This document shows positions 11,380 to 23,040 of a DNA stretch of 64,000 nt, one piece after another; positions within the stretch are counted from its first letter, which is position 1; the number at the start of each line of letters is the position of its first letter. This DNA is from Selaginella moellendorffii (taxonomy: Eukaryota > Plantae > Lycopodiophyta). Location of the stretch: assembly GCF_000143415.4 (NCBI RefSeq), contig NW_003314324.1, positions 571,379 to 635,378 on the forward strand. Direction: 5' to 3'. The notes under the pieces were generated by a model. It was not told where the DNA came from. It searched no databases and saw only the letters and a program-made list of their open reading frames with translations. Position numbers and translations under genes: made by a program.

Positions 11380-13100
11380 ATGACCGAAATAAGAAAGAGT
11401 TCATCGGATGGGACCGAGTCGAAGATCGAGTCCAAGCCCGATTCTGAGACCAAGTTCAAGATAGAGTCCGGGATCGAGTCCGAGGCCGAATCAGAGACCG
11501 AGTTTGAGACCAAGTTCGAAACCAAGTTCGAGACAGAGTCCGAGACTAAGTCCGAGGTCGAGTCCGAAGTCAGGTCTGAGATTGGGTCCAAGATCAAGTT
11601 TGAGATCGAGTCCAAGACCGAGTCTGAAGTTGGGTCTGAGATCAAGTCCAAGATCAAGTTCGAGACCGAGTCCGAGTACTAATACGGGTCAAGGGGTGAA
11701 AGTCCAAAGCGTGTGTCTCCTGGGGGGGGGGGGGCTGCAAAGGGTTCCAAAAGTATAGTAGGGATAGTGAGGTCTAGGAACCAGTCTTGAAGGAACTTTT
11801 CAATAGTGCTTCTAAACTGACTTGAGGTTGAGATTAGGGCTGAAGGGCCTTGGGTGGGAGTAAGCATGGACTCGGATGGTGCCGGAGGGGCCACCCAAAG
11901 AAGTGCTCAAGAGCAACTCTCACTCCCGAAAGGGAAAACGATTGCGGTGCTCCCGGATCATGTGGAATGGTGCCCCACTTAAGTACCTTGTGGCTCATTG
12001 GTCCTCGCCCTTCCTAGGGGCTTAGGCCTTCCCTTTGGGATAGAAGTGGGGGGGTAGAGGTACCCATACCAGGCTGTTAGGCCACGATGTTTTGCCCCAA
12101 TGTCCCGAAGCAAGTGTTGCACCCAAGGCTTGGGATTTAGAGGGTCCCATGATTAAGCTTTGTTGTACCAGGAACCTGGAGGCTTGGTGTGTTTGGCTGC
12201 TTATGCCTGCGGGGAGTGTAGCCGAACCTTAAGTCCAGTTTAACCCAGGGAGGGGGATTGGGAGAGATTTGGGAATCCGTGGAGGGATGGCTAACACTCT
12301 GTTGCTTGTGCAGTGAGTAGCTGAAACCAAGTAGGACCAAATAGGAGCTGGTACAGTAGGCGGGAACCTTGGCGAGGGAACTTAGCACAAGCCAAGGCAG
12401 TGTTGGTCGGATAGACGAAGTAAGTTGGCAAATTGGAAAGGCAAAATTTGTGGTTTTACACAAATCACACAAAACAAGCACTAAAGCGCATAGAATCATA
12501 GCAACAATGCAACAATCTTGTGAAACAATGCAAGAAATTGTAAGGATCCCATCGAGAAATCCATACCCTAGATCAATTGCAATCTCCAATCCAAAACCCC
12601 TCCGCTCGCATAGTGCCAAACTAGCGCCCTTGCTCTCGACTATGTGGAGGTCCAAATAGCTAAACCTTTGTCCATAGAGCACCGTTGGATCTCATACCAG
12701 CTGGCAAGCCAATCAAACAGACTTCCTTTTTCCCTTGTCCCTATGTCTCTCTCTTGCTTGCTAAATCCAAGTGTTTTGATAGTCTGCGATTGTAGCTTAA
12801 ATTAGCTTCTTTAAAAATTTGGTGCCAAGAACATCCAAGTAGAGCATGTTAGTAGTAAAGGAGACAGACCCAATAATATTGTGGACTTTAGTAAGCATGT
12901 TGTTAGGGTTTGTTAAGGGTTTTTGTGAGAATCTTCTATAGTGCATCAGAATATTCTGGAAGGAGCATATTCTTCTCCATTGTGAGAATATTCTAGAATT
13001 CTGAGAAACTCAAATCAATCTAGCCATTGGTTGATCTAGTTAGTAAAGTGTTCCAGTGCTTGTGGCAAAGGCTCCTCTTTTCTCAAAGAAGGCACTACGA
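11380..13100 (-). mobile_element. LTR-retrotransposon fragment nested in the Helitron
   Basis: Minus strand CA-gc-TGGTATGAGA at about 12703-12690 resembles an LTR end plus tRNA-iMet PBS (TGGTATCAGA). GC-rich internal region with a short-period repeat shared with the retroelement debris at about 1400. Boundaries uncertain. Confidence 0.45.
11400..11680 (+). repeat. Imperfect 6/12-nt period repeat (gagtcc/gagacc/aagttc)
   Basis: Runs such as gagtccgaggccgaatcagagaccgagtttgagaccaagttcgaaaccaagttcgagacagagtccgagactaag; produces low-complexity ORFs in several frames. Confidence 0.85.
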
Positions 13101-16100
13101 CACATATCACATATAAAATGTTGACCAGCATTGACACTTAACCTTTTGCAATGGAGACCCTCTGAAGGTTTAATGGAGAGCGTATGATGACAGTAGGCTT
13201 GACTATTGGCAACTTCAAGTTGTGATTCAAGCTTATATTTGAATCTCTCTCTCTCTCTCGGGTTTTGTGAGCTATGGTGTGTGCTCTTGCCAATCCCTAG
13301 CAAATTTCTACACAACGCCCTTCTTTTCTTGCTGTGGCTGCTAGTTTGCTCCCTGTTTTGGGAATTGAGATGAGTTGCGATGCCATTGGAGCTGTTGTTG
13401 TTAGTGGATTTTCTTGTAGTGAGATAACTTTGTATCTGGTCACTAGCGATGGAAAGATTTTAGGAGAGTCACTGAAATCACAAGTACTTTTTTTTTCTTT
13501 CTTCTTCATATTTATTCTATTTTGTTTTGTTCCTTTGGATTCAAAGCAAAGTTCCTTTGACAATATGGTGGTGTGATGTCTCTAGCAATATGTTTAAACC
13601 ACAAACAAGCAATTGATGAAGTAAGTTATTCTCTTTTCAATGGAAGTTTCGAGAGTTTTTTTATGTTCTTTAGGTGGTGGCACAAGTTCTAGAGAATGCA
13701 AAAGTGAAGGAGTCAAAACTTGCAATAGTAGTTGTGACAATTAATCCTAGCTTGAGTTTATGCTTGGATGGTAGTGTTCTTTGTGATCTTTCCTAGGCTT
13801 ATTGTCATGCCTAGTCAATGTGATGCCCAGCATCACATTGAAGAATTGCTTGGCATGTACGTTTCAACCATTGGCACCAAAGGAGGGACATTCACGGTTC
13901 ACATGCTTTTCATTGTGGCAAATCCATATAGTCATCAAGATAGTAAGTTTTTTACTTTCTTTACAAAGTGAATTCATGGGTGTAGAGATTGGCCAGATTC
14001 TGACAATAGGTTTTATCTCTTGCTAATTGTGCTGCCATGGTGATGGAAGTGTGGTATCAAAAGATTTTGGGTTATCCAGGTGGCAATATATAGTGCTCTT
14101 GCTAATCTAACCAATGACAAGTTGTACCTATGAGGTGATAGATTATGTATGTCTTTGGTGGCATTATCAGATCAAAATCCAAAACTAGTAGAGATTTCAA
14201 TTTTGTTTAATGGGTTACTCAATTTTTTTTTATGTGAATAACTTTATTTTTAACGCTTTATGAATAAAATAATCAACTTTAAGTAAACTTATTCTGTTTT
14301 ATAAAGTATTATATTTTAGGTCAAAATTAACTTTTATAATTTAATTTAACAGTACTTACAAATATAATAAGAAAATTATATTCTATACAGATAGTCTGTC
14401 TAAATATCACTAAAACATATAAAACCCAATACCAAGTGATGGTATATCAAATGTGGGTTAATTTAATTTTTGAATATGTAGGACTATGATAAAAGCTTCA
14501 ACTATTAATACAAAAAAATTAAACAACTTTAACAATAAGAGTATATATTATAGTTTTATATATAGCCTTAGCTACATATCTTAAAACTAAGATAATGTAT
14601 GCAATATTTGATTAAACAGTAATATTTTGAAATATTTTTCCTAACTACAAATATAGTTTACTACTGCATAATACTATAGAATATAGGATTTTAATTTATA
14701 GTTTCCATAATATATATATTACAAATAATTATTTTCTTGACTGAATCTGGGTTGTAATATATTAATGTTCCTAAAAACTTATTATTTTATATTTTAAGTA
14801 AAACTCATTATTAAGTAATGTCTTGCAGTAATTATTCTCTTTTATTTAATAAAATCTCAATATAAGTTTATCTCAAGTAAAAATATAATTTACATATAAT
14901 ATATTATTAATAATAGAAAATTCATTTTACTTTTATCTGGGTCAGATATGTTTTTAAATATATTCATATTTCCAAATAAAAATTTTTATCTAATATTTTT
15001 ATTAATGAAAATTTATTTTTACTTATACCTAACAATATATTTTGTTCTAAATATTTATATTATCAAGTTTACAAGAATTAGATTTTGTATTCATCTAGCA
15101 TTTCTTGGGCATAATTTCCTTCAATTATTTTTTCAAAGTGAAATACAATATTTTTTGTTTTGATACTATTCCAATTTAATTTTTAATATATTAAAAAATT
15201 AGAACAGCATTTTGCTAACTACACAGCATATGCTGAGCAAGTGTTAGTAAATAATAATAGCAAATACACCCCAATAAATATAAAAAGATGTCATGTATGT
15301 GGCACTATCTCTCCTTTTTATGTCAAACATTGAATGCTAAATGAAGTGATATAGATATTGTTGATAGAAATCCAACTATGACTAAGATGAAAAGTAATCT
15401 CCCAAGTATAATTACTAAGAGAATACCCAAACTAATTCAATAGATAATAAAGCTTGCAGTATTGGTATTTAAAGTTAAGGATGGTAACGAATTCAAACTT
15501 CAATTGCTAGTAATGACCTATGGTGGAACATAAGTAAAATCATAAAGAGTGTGATATGATAATAATAAAGAAATATAAAATACCAAATGCAACTTTGTGG
15601 ATAGAGCCAATAAATGATTTAAGAATGTGAAAGACCATAGAAAAAAGATCAAAACATTGATAATCCAATTTTTTAAATGAGTTCAATGATGATAAAGAAA
15701 AAAAACTTAAGATCTATTGGAAAAGAAAGGCTAAATAGTTATTTACAGTATATCAATGAGTAATTTGGACATAAAAAAGATGTCACAGTGATTATAAGTG
15801 CTTTAAATAGTGTCAGGCTTGGTGGTCAAAAATATCATCCCATTTTTGCATTGCGAAAAAAAAAAAACAAATGGAAAATTTGATGTTCTTAGTTGACATA
15901 GTGTTCTCACTTATCATTTTGGGGGACCTTGCTTTCAACTTTCAATATCAAATTTCCTTGAATTTTCTTGGTTCCAAATTATTTCTCTTACATAATTCTT
16001 TACTTTTATAGTGTATGTGATTTTCACCCTTTACTTTATGATAATTTACCATACAGAGTAAACAAAGGGTGAAAGAACAAAACCATGGAGTGACATTGAA

Positions 16101-17204
16101 ATAATATTAAAGCATTCAACTCTTAAACACCACTAACACACAAAATAGAGCCTAACAAAGTTTAATGTTATTTTACAATATCAGCAGTTTAATGTGAGGA
16201 TATGAATATTCCACCAACTAACATAGTATAGAGTTTAATTTAAACACATAATAAGGACAAATATGTTTAGTAGGGAGTTAGGCAATGTTTGAGATTAATC
16301 AGTCATGCTCAATTTACCCACTATTTCTACTATACATAATATATATACCACACAACGACAAACTTAGATAAAACAAGCCTTCAACAGCTAGTGTGGTTCA
16401 TTCTACTATATTTACCACATATTTACAAGTGGTAAATACTACATAAGTTATTGAAATTGAACTCTACTCCCCTAGGAAGAAAATATAGAAGGGCTATTGT
16501 GGCATATTGAGCAATGGGACACTATTTGCATTTTACTGAGAGGAAGCCAATCCTCTAGTTTGAGAGGATGTATTGAAACAATGGAACATGCATTACATCA
16601 CTGCCTAACATTCACTCATATCTGCATAATTCCCAATGAATGCATCAAGTCTCACAGCACTCCTAAACCACCCAAAGGCTAGGCTAAGGAGTTGGCACAT
16701 TTCTAGTTGATATCATACAGCAATTCCAATTTGATTAATAACTCTATGTAAAAGATATAAATAGATCTTCCTCTTCCTCCAATTATGGATCTTTGGCCTT
16801 GAGTAGAGCCAACATAACACCTTACACTACATAACACTCCAATTACAAGTCAAAACATTTATATCTAGTCATTCTATTACAACTTAAGTATGCGAGCTGT
16901 ACAATTGTTTATTGCTAATGCATATGTTAATTAGTAATAACAATTATATATTACTCTAAATTACTTCTTCTCAGATATAAATTAGACCTCCATCCCTTCA
17001 CAAAATTTAGTATATTCAAGCTTCTTAATTTTTATCATTAGTTCATTATGAAAGCAAACCAAACATTGGTACTCCACATCAAGTTATTTGAAGCACATAA
17101 AAGCACTTAGTTATGCTTATAAACAAACACAAGAATTTAAACACTAGTTAGTGAACCCTCATATCATGTTTATATTTAAATATCAAAAGCAATCAAACAA
17201 ATGT

Positions 17205-19612
17205 TTAGCAAGTCAATTTTGACTTTGTAGACCAGCCAAATTTCTCAAACAGGCTCAAGACAACACCATTGCTCCATCCAAAGCCAGTCTACAAAACATT
17301 AAACCAAGTACGTAAGTGAAAAAACAGTTTATGCACAAACCGGAGGATTGTACTCTCCACCAAGACCACTCCTGCCACAGTATCTCGCGTCTAACTTCTC
17401 CAGCATCTTCCCAACCCTTTGGAATTCCGCATAGCTCGACTTTAGCCAGCGCTGGGATATATCCTCCGCCAGGGCCAACCCTTCCACAGATCTAGCACCA
17501 GCAAATCCTTCTATTATAATATGCTGGAGATTGGGCCAAGCATTCGGGTAGTCCCTGTTACATTTCATCCAACATTACTATATGTCTTAATAAAAGAGTC
17601 GACTAGTAACTTACCATTGCTCTCCTGTTTCTCTCAGTGAGGTGACCACACCCGCAGCTAACAGCAGCCCCGATTTCTTAAAAGAAGAGACGAGCTTCGA
17701 AACTTTCTCATCGCCTGAAATGATAAATATATTGTTTAGAAAACAGGAAAAAAAACAATCGAATACGTTACCTGGTCGCACCACTCCGCACCAAAGAGGG
17801 AAAAAGTTGGAAGGAAAAACATCAGTGTTTTGGTTCTGTTTGTCGAAACTGTAGATCTTTTGCTGCTTGAATTCAATGTCTGTGGCATTGCGTTTCACCA
17901 GCCAGTAATCGAGGTATTGTCCCATTTCTTCGTTCCAAAACACGGCATTTATGGCAGCTTTTCTCGACGTTGCATGCTTGTGAAATCGCCTTTGGAGCTC
18001 TTTCTTTCCTAAGAGCTTGGCAAAATACGCGATATTGTTTTCCATCTACAGCAAACGAAAGATGCTTATCAAATATATTTTACGCTAAACAGAGCTGCTT
18101 GCCTGTAGCAAAAACGAGTTGAGATCCACAGGAAGAATATAGGCCGTCACAAGTGTTGTTCGGTTTAGGCGATTCCTGAAATATTAGAAAGAACCCTGGT
18201 GAAAAAATGAATAAAACCTTTTTGTATGCAACGATTTATGACACTTACGCCATCCAGCGGGAGCTGAAATCCCAGCCACTTTCAGCAGCGGTCGCGATTT
18301 GGTGGTAAAGCTTGGATATTTCCTGCGAACTTCCCAAGTTCTTGGCAGTGTCAGTGTCAACAATATACGATTCTGGCCTTGGCGAGTACAAATTCGCGTT
18401 GTATCTCGTTAGTACGTGCTTAACCCCATGACCATCGCGAATGTGGACTGTGAAACGATCTAGAGATGTCCAAATGTAAAAAAGATTAAAAGAAAAACAC
18501 AATACAAGAACTTAAAATTGCTTGCCTGACGACCAAAACGAATGTTCTTTTAAGAGTGCAGGAAAAGCTTCCTCTATTAGCGATTTATTCTTGGTTTCGG
18601 CGTATACTGCCTTGACGGATTCGCTGAGAAGCGGAGGCTGGCTTCCTGCATAATTATACAACGTAAGCTCGAAACGAAGGAGAGAAACAAAATGGCTAGA
18701 AATAGCTTACGATTGAGATAATAGCTCCGAGCACCATTGGGAACAAATCCGTAAGTATTGACGAGGTAAATGAGATTTCCGACAACCGATGTGGCTGTTT
18801 CATACAATTTGCTCACGAGAAGTCCCCTGGAAAATGAAGAAGAAGAAGGAAAAAAAAAGAGATTACACATACCAAAAAAAATAAAGAAAAAGTTGTGTAC
18901 CTGATGATCCAGTAAGTGTCCCAGTAGTAAACTTCGCGAAACCTCGATCCAGGAATCACAACAACGTTTGGAAGCGGGAACAAAGTATGGCGCTGTGGTT
19001 TCTCGACCACCTCGCGCTTGATCTTCTTTGCCAAAACTTTCCACAGCGAATGTATTTTTAGAGCGAATTCCCGAGCCGAGGCATCCTTGACTTTGGGAAG
19101 GAACCTTTCGGGGGTGTTTGCAAAGTCCGAGAGATTGTAGTCTCCCAGGTCAGTCCCTGGCACGTTGAAATGCTCGCTCACAAATTCATTAAACTTTCCT
19201 GTCGAGTAGCAATGATAGGAGCGAGAAAACAAAAGATGAAAAAGTTTTAGGGAACCTTTATCAATGTTGCTGCGGGAGAGATTCACAAAAGCCGATTTTG
19301 TGACCTCCAAGTCCTGCTTGAGCGGCAGATCGACGTAGTACTTCGGATCAAAGGTCCCGTTTTCATTGCCCAGGACCTGAAAGGCGGTGGACTGCACAGA
19401 GGTAAGAAACGATTCCAGAGGAGTCGTATCATTGATGCTAGCTCCTGCGATGGATCACAAAACTTTGAGCGATATCTTTGAGGAAAAGAAGCACACAAGC
19501 AAAAACTTCGAAGAGTACCTGAGATGGATCCTGGCAGGAGCAGTAGCAGCAGCAGCGCAAACAAATCCAGAGCTCTCAACGCCATCGCCATTGCTGATAC
19601 CGTCTTTGCCAT
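17205..19612 (-). CDS. TRE1: Trehalase (GH37), copy 2, 11 exons
   Basis: Same exon structure and motifs as copy 1, with few substitutions, including GGEYNPQ>GGEYNPP at the exon 10 end and EGFL>ERFL. Confidence 0.93.
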
Positions 19613-20533
19613 GGCCGTGACAAACTTTAGTCCAAATGGAAGGACTAAAGCGTCGGAGCTTCGCTGCAAATGGTATAACGTCAGAGCGACCGCCTTGGCG
19701 GAAATTTGTTGACTCGGACTTACACGAGTAAATCTTGGAGCGACGTGTTGGTGTCAACCATGTGTTCCAATCTCGTGGCGTAGATGGTCGCTCTCGCTCT
19801 AAAAAAAAAACGTGTTACAACTTTGGCTCGTCCTTGAGAACTTTTATCGCGAATTATAGTCTTTGCTGAGTTTGAAGTCTTTGAGGAAACACGATTCGTC
19901 CAGAAAGCAAAGGAAAAACACGCTGGAACGAAGAATTCAATAAAAATCCAAGCAAGGATCTATCCGTACACTAGATTGGACACGATTCATCCAGAAAGGT
20001 TAAAAAAAAAACCATTCTGAAACGAAGAATTCAAAGACCAAGGATAAGCAAGGATTATCTATATTGGTTCGTCCAAAAAGGAAAAGGAAAACAAGCTGGA
20101 ACGAAGACTTTCAAAGACTAAGTGATAAAAATCCAAGCAGGAATTTATCTACATTAAATTGGAACTAACAGTTGACACGATTCATCCAGAAAGGAAGAAA
20201 AAACCATGCTAGAAAGACCACGTGATAAATCTAAGCAAGGATTTATTGGAACTCGAGAGGAAGAAAAACACTACATTGGGAAGAAAAAAATAATGCTGGA
20301 ACGAAGAATTCAAAGACCAAAGCAAGGATTTATCTACATTTGACACGATTCATCCAGAAAGGATGCTGGAACGAAGAATTCAAAGACCTTGACGCAAGGA
20401 TCTATCTACATTGGGAGAGGAGAGTCACCTCGCCACATAAACCTTAAAGCGCGTCACCGTCCACGTGTCCTCCATCCAACGGGCACCGTGTTTGAGCGAC
20501 TCCCATTGGCCGAAAGTCACAGGCTTAGGCGTG

Positions 20534-20544
20534 ATTGGTCCACG
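20534..20544 (+). promoter_or_regulatory. ERSE-II / plant UPR element ATTGGTCCACG
   Basis: Exact ATTGG-N-CCACG about 200 bp upstream of the ERdj3B ATG; nearby G-box/ABRE CCACGTGTC at 20461. Confidence 0.7.
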
Positions 20545-20742
20545 TAGACAAAAGTGACAGAATATCCGAGGAATAACCATTTTTGTGACCTAGGAGAAAT
20601 CGCGAGGGAAGGCGCCATCGGTTTTGCTGCGCGATCTCTGCCTGGTTTGTAAGATTGTAGCTTGGGGCGATCCATCAATCACGAAGCTTTCGACGCGATC
20701 GACAGCTTTGGATTGGTGTATGAGACAGCGGAGCTGTGAAGA

Positions 20743-22284
20743 ATGAGGATCGCACAAGCCCTTTTCATTGGGCTGATCCTTTTCACAAGCTCATATTCTT
20801 CGCTCGCTGGGTAAGTTCTTCTCCTCCAAATCCAAGTCCTAGAGAGATTCTTTGGATTTTCTTCCAGGAAAAGCTACTATGAGATTCTCGAGGTCTCCAA
20901 ATCCGCGTCAGAGAGCCAGATAAAGCGCGCTTACAGGAAGCTCGCTTTGAAGTATCACCCGGACAAAAATCCAGGGAACGAGGAGGCAAACAAGAAATTC
21001 ACAGAGCTCACGAACGGTAAGTATTGCTAATATAGTGTGATTTTCTTATGCTTGGGTATGGTTTTCTTAGCATATGAGGTGCTTATCGATGAGGAGAAGC
21101 GCCAGATATATGATAAGTTTGGAGAGGAGGGTCTAAAGCAAAACGGTGGTGGTGGAAGAGGTGGTGGAAACTTTGCTCGGGATATTTTTTCACAGTGAGT
21201 TTGTCGATCGATCTAGAAGGAGAAACTAACGTTTCGGTATGCAGGTTTTTTGGTGGCGGAGGATTTGAGGAGGAGAGTGAAGAAAAGACTCCAAAAGGAG
21301 ACGATGTGATTGTAGAACTCTATGCCACATTGGAGGATTTGTACATGGGAAATACTTTTGAGGTATGCTTGAGTTTTTAGCCCTTCTTGAGAGTGAGAAT
21401 GCTTGTTTTGTTGGAAACCAGATGTGGCGAGAAAAGAATGTTTTGAAACCGGCACCGGGGAAACGGCAGTGCAACTGTAAAAACGAGGTTGTACATAGAC
21501 AACTGGGGCCTGGAATGTATCAGCAATTTACACAGCAGGTGTTTTGTTCTACGAGCCTTTTTTTGTCCTACAAGAGATCGATTGTCTTTGTTGTGCAGGT
21601 TTGCGAACAATGTCCCAATGTCAAGTTTGCTCGCGAAGGCTACCACATCACCGTTGATATAGAGAAGGGAATGAAGGATGGGCATGTGAGTGGGTTTTTT
21701 TTTCTTTCATTGATCGATGTCTTTTTTTTTCTACATAGGAAATCACGTTTCATGAGGATGGCGAACCGATAATTGATGGAGATCCAGGCGACTTGAAGGT
21801 CCGAAGCGTCTTTTACTTCTTTCCAAAATCCAGTGTTTATTTGGTTTCTTGTGCAGTTTGTTGTGCGTACCGAGAAGCACGACCGGTTCGAGAGACATGG
21901 AAACAACCTTCACACAGCTGTTACCATTTCCTTGGTAGGCTAGAAGCTAACCATTCACAGTCTAGATTACTGACGAGATTCTTTGCGGCAGCTTGAAGCG
22001 TTGGTTGGTTTTGAAAAGGAGATCAAACATCTCGATGGCCACGCCGTTAGCATCGGTAGTACGGTAAGAACGCAAACTCCACTACAAAACTAATGGAGCT
22101 AACTTGGTTGGACTGCTGTCCTCAGGGTGTTACAAAGCCGAAAGAAGTTAGGCGATTCCGCAGCCAAGGCATGCCCATTTTTGAGAGTGTAAACTCGGGC
22201 GACTTGCTTGTTACATACGAAGTAGATTTCCCAAAGACATTGACAGACGCTCAGAAGGAAGCAATCAAGAAAGTTTTCAGCTGA
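20743..22284 (+). CDS. ERDJ3B: ER-luminal DnaJ/Hsp40 co-chaperone ERdj3B
   Basis: Signal peptide [24 protein letters not shown] domain [22 protein letters not shown], ERdj3B-type [31 protein letters not shown]-terminal DnaJ domain; multi-exon. Confidence 0.95.
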
Positions 22285-22327
22285 GGTAATCCTTCACAGT
22301 TTTATTAGAGGCATAGCCACAGATCAA

Positions 22328-22859
22328 TCAAGGCTCGTGAACGTAGCTACCAAGGCGGATCATGACGCCGTCTATATCTCTCACATATCCAACCTTCTGA
22401 CCCCATTTTTTCTCCTCAGGCTTAGCAACCGAGACCGCTCCAGCTCGAACAGCATGCTACAAAATCGAGGAATTAAGATCTAGAAAGGGGAAGTACACAA
22501 GAACGCAAAAGAAGGAGAAGAGAGGCTACCTCGTATGCCGCATCAACGTCTTGGTAGCTAAAACTTATCTCCACATTGTGGCGTGGCTCGTCCTTAGAAG
22601 CTGTTTGGACACCTCCAGTTATAGCAGTCTCGTGTTGCTCTAGAGGAGTGAAAGCCAGCGTTGTAGAGCCCGTGTCGAGCTCGGCCCATCTAAAGATCAA
22701 AAACAAGCTCACAGATTTTTAACACCCAAGCATCTCTAGAACTTACTTGCGAGCGTTGTCAATGCGACGAACTTTGAGCCCAAACGCTTTGGAGTAGAAA
22801 TCCACCGACTTGGTCACGTCCTTGCAGTAGACGGTGATGTAGGCGAACTTTGGCTCCAT
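22328..22859 (-). CDS. Glyoxalase/bleomycin-resistance (VOC) family protein, 3 exons
   Basis: Spliced: MEPKFAYITVYCKDVTKSVDFYSKAFGL..WAELDTGSTTLAF..DVDAAYE|HAVRAGAVSVAKPEEKKWGQKVGYVRDIDG..; convergent with ERdj3B, stops 43 bp apart. Confidence 0.9.
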
Positions 22860-22958
22860 GATAATCACCAGCAAGAGGAAACTCGCAATGCTTGGGAGTT
22901 ATATTGTCAAGCATGCATGCACAAGACCTACGTGGCGGGGAGGATGTTCGACAAGTGG

Positions 22959-23040
22959 GTGGACGTGCCGGAGTGGTTATCGGGCATGACTAGAAATCAT
23001 GTGGGCTTTGCCCGCGCAGGTTCGAATCCTGCCGTCCACG
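22959..23040 (+). tRNA. tRNA-Ser(AGA)
   Basis: GTGGACG acceptor stem pairs with CGTCCAC; D-loop GAGTGGTTA; anticodon arm CATGA-CTAGAAA-TCATG; long variable arm; GTTCGAATCC T-loop; downstream T-run. Confidence 0.97.

Larger units (their letters stand above)
10880..15247 (+). mobile_element. Non-autonomous Helitron (4,368 bp)
   Basis: Inserted in an A|T site with no TSD (cccattA|TCTATCATAATAAGG ... GTGTTAG|Taaat; empty site cccattA|Taaac at 5340/5341). 5' TC, 3' TTAG (CTAG with C>T) and palindrome CAGCATATGCTG at 15224-15235. Confidence 0.88.
10732..20582 (+). repeat. Tandem segmental duplication, unit 2 (contains Helitron insertion)
   Basis: Co-linear with 5183-10585 once 10880-15247 is removed. 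Confidence 0.93.

Noticed and set aside
11361-11758. Overlapping low-complexity ORFs (SETESK / SDSVSN / SPRSS)
   Set aside because: By-products of a short-period DNA repeat inside a transposon; no evidence of a gene.
13768-14100. Possible Helitron Rep motif remnant (YVSTIG..VHMLFIV)
   Set aside because: Similarity too weak to call without a profile search.
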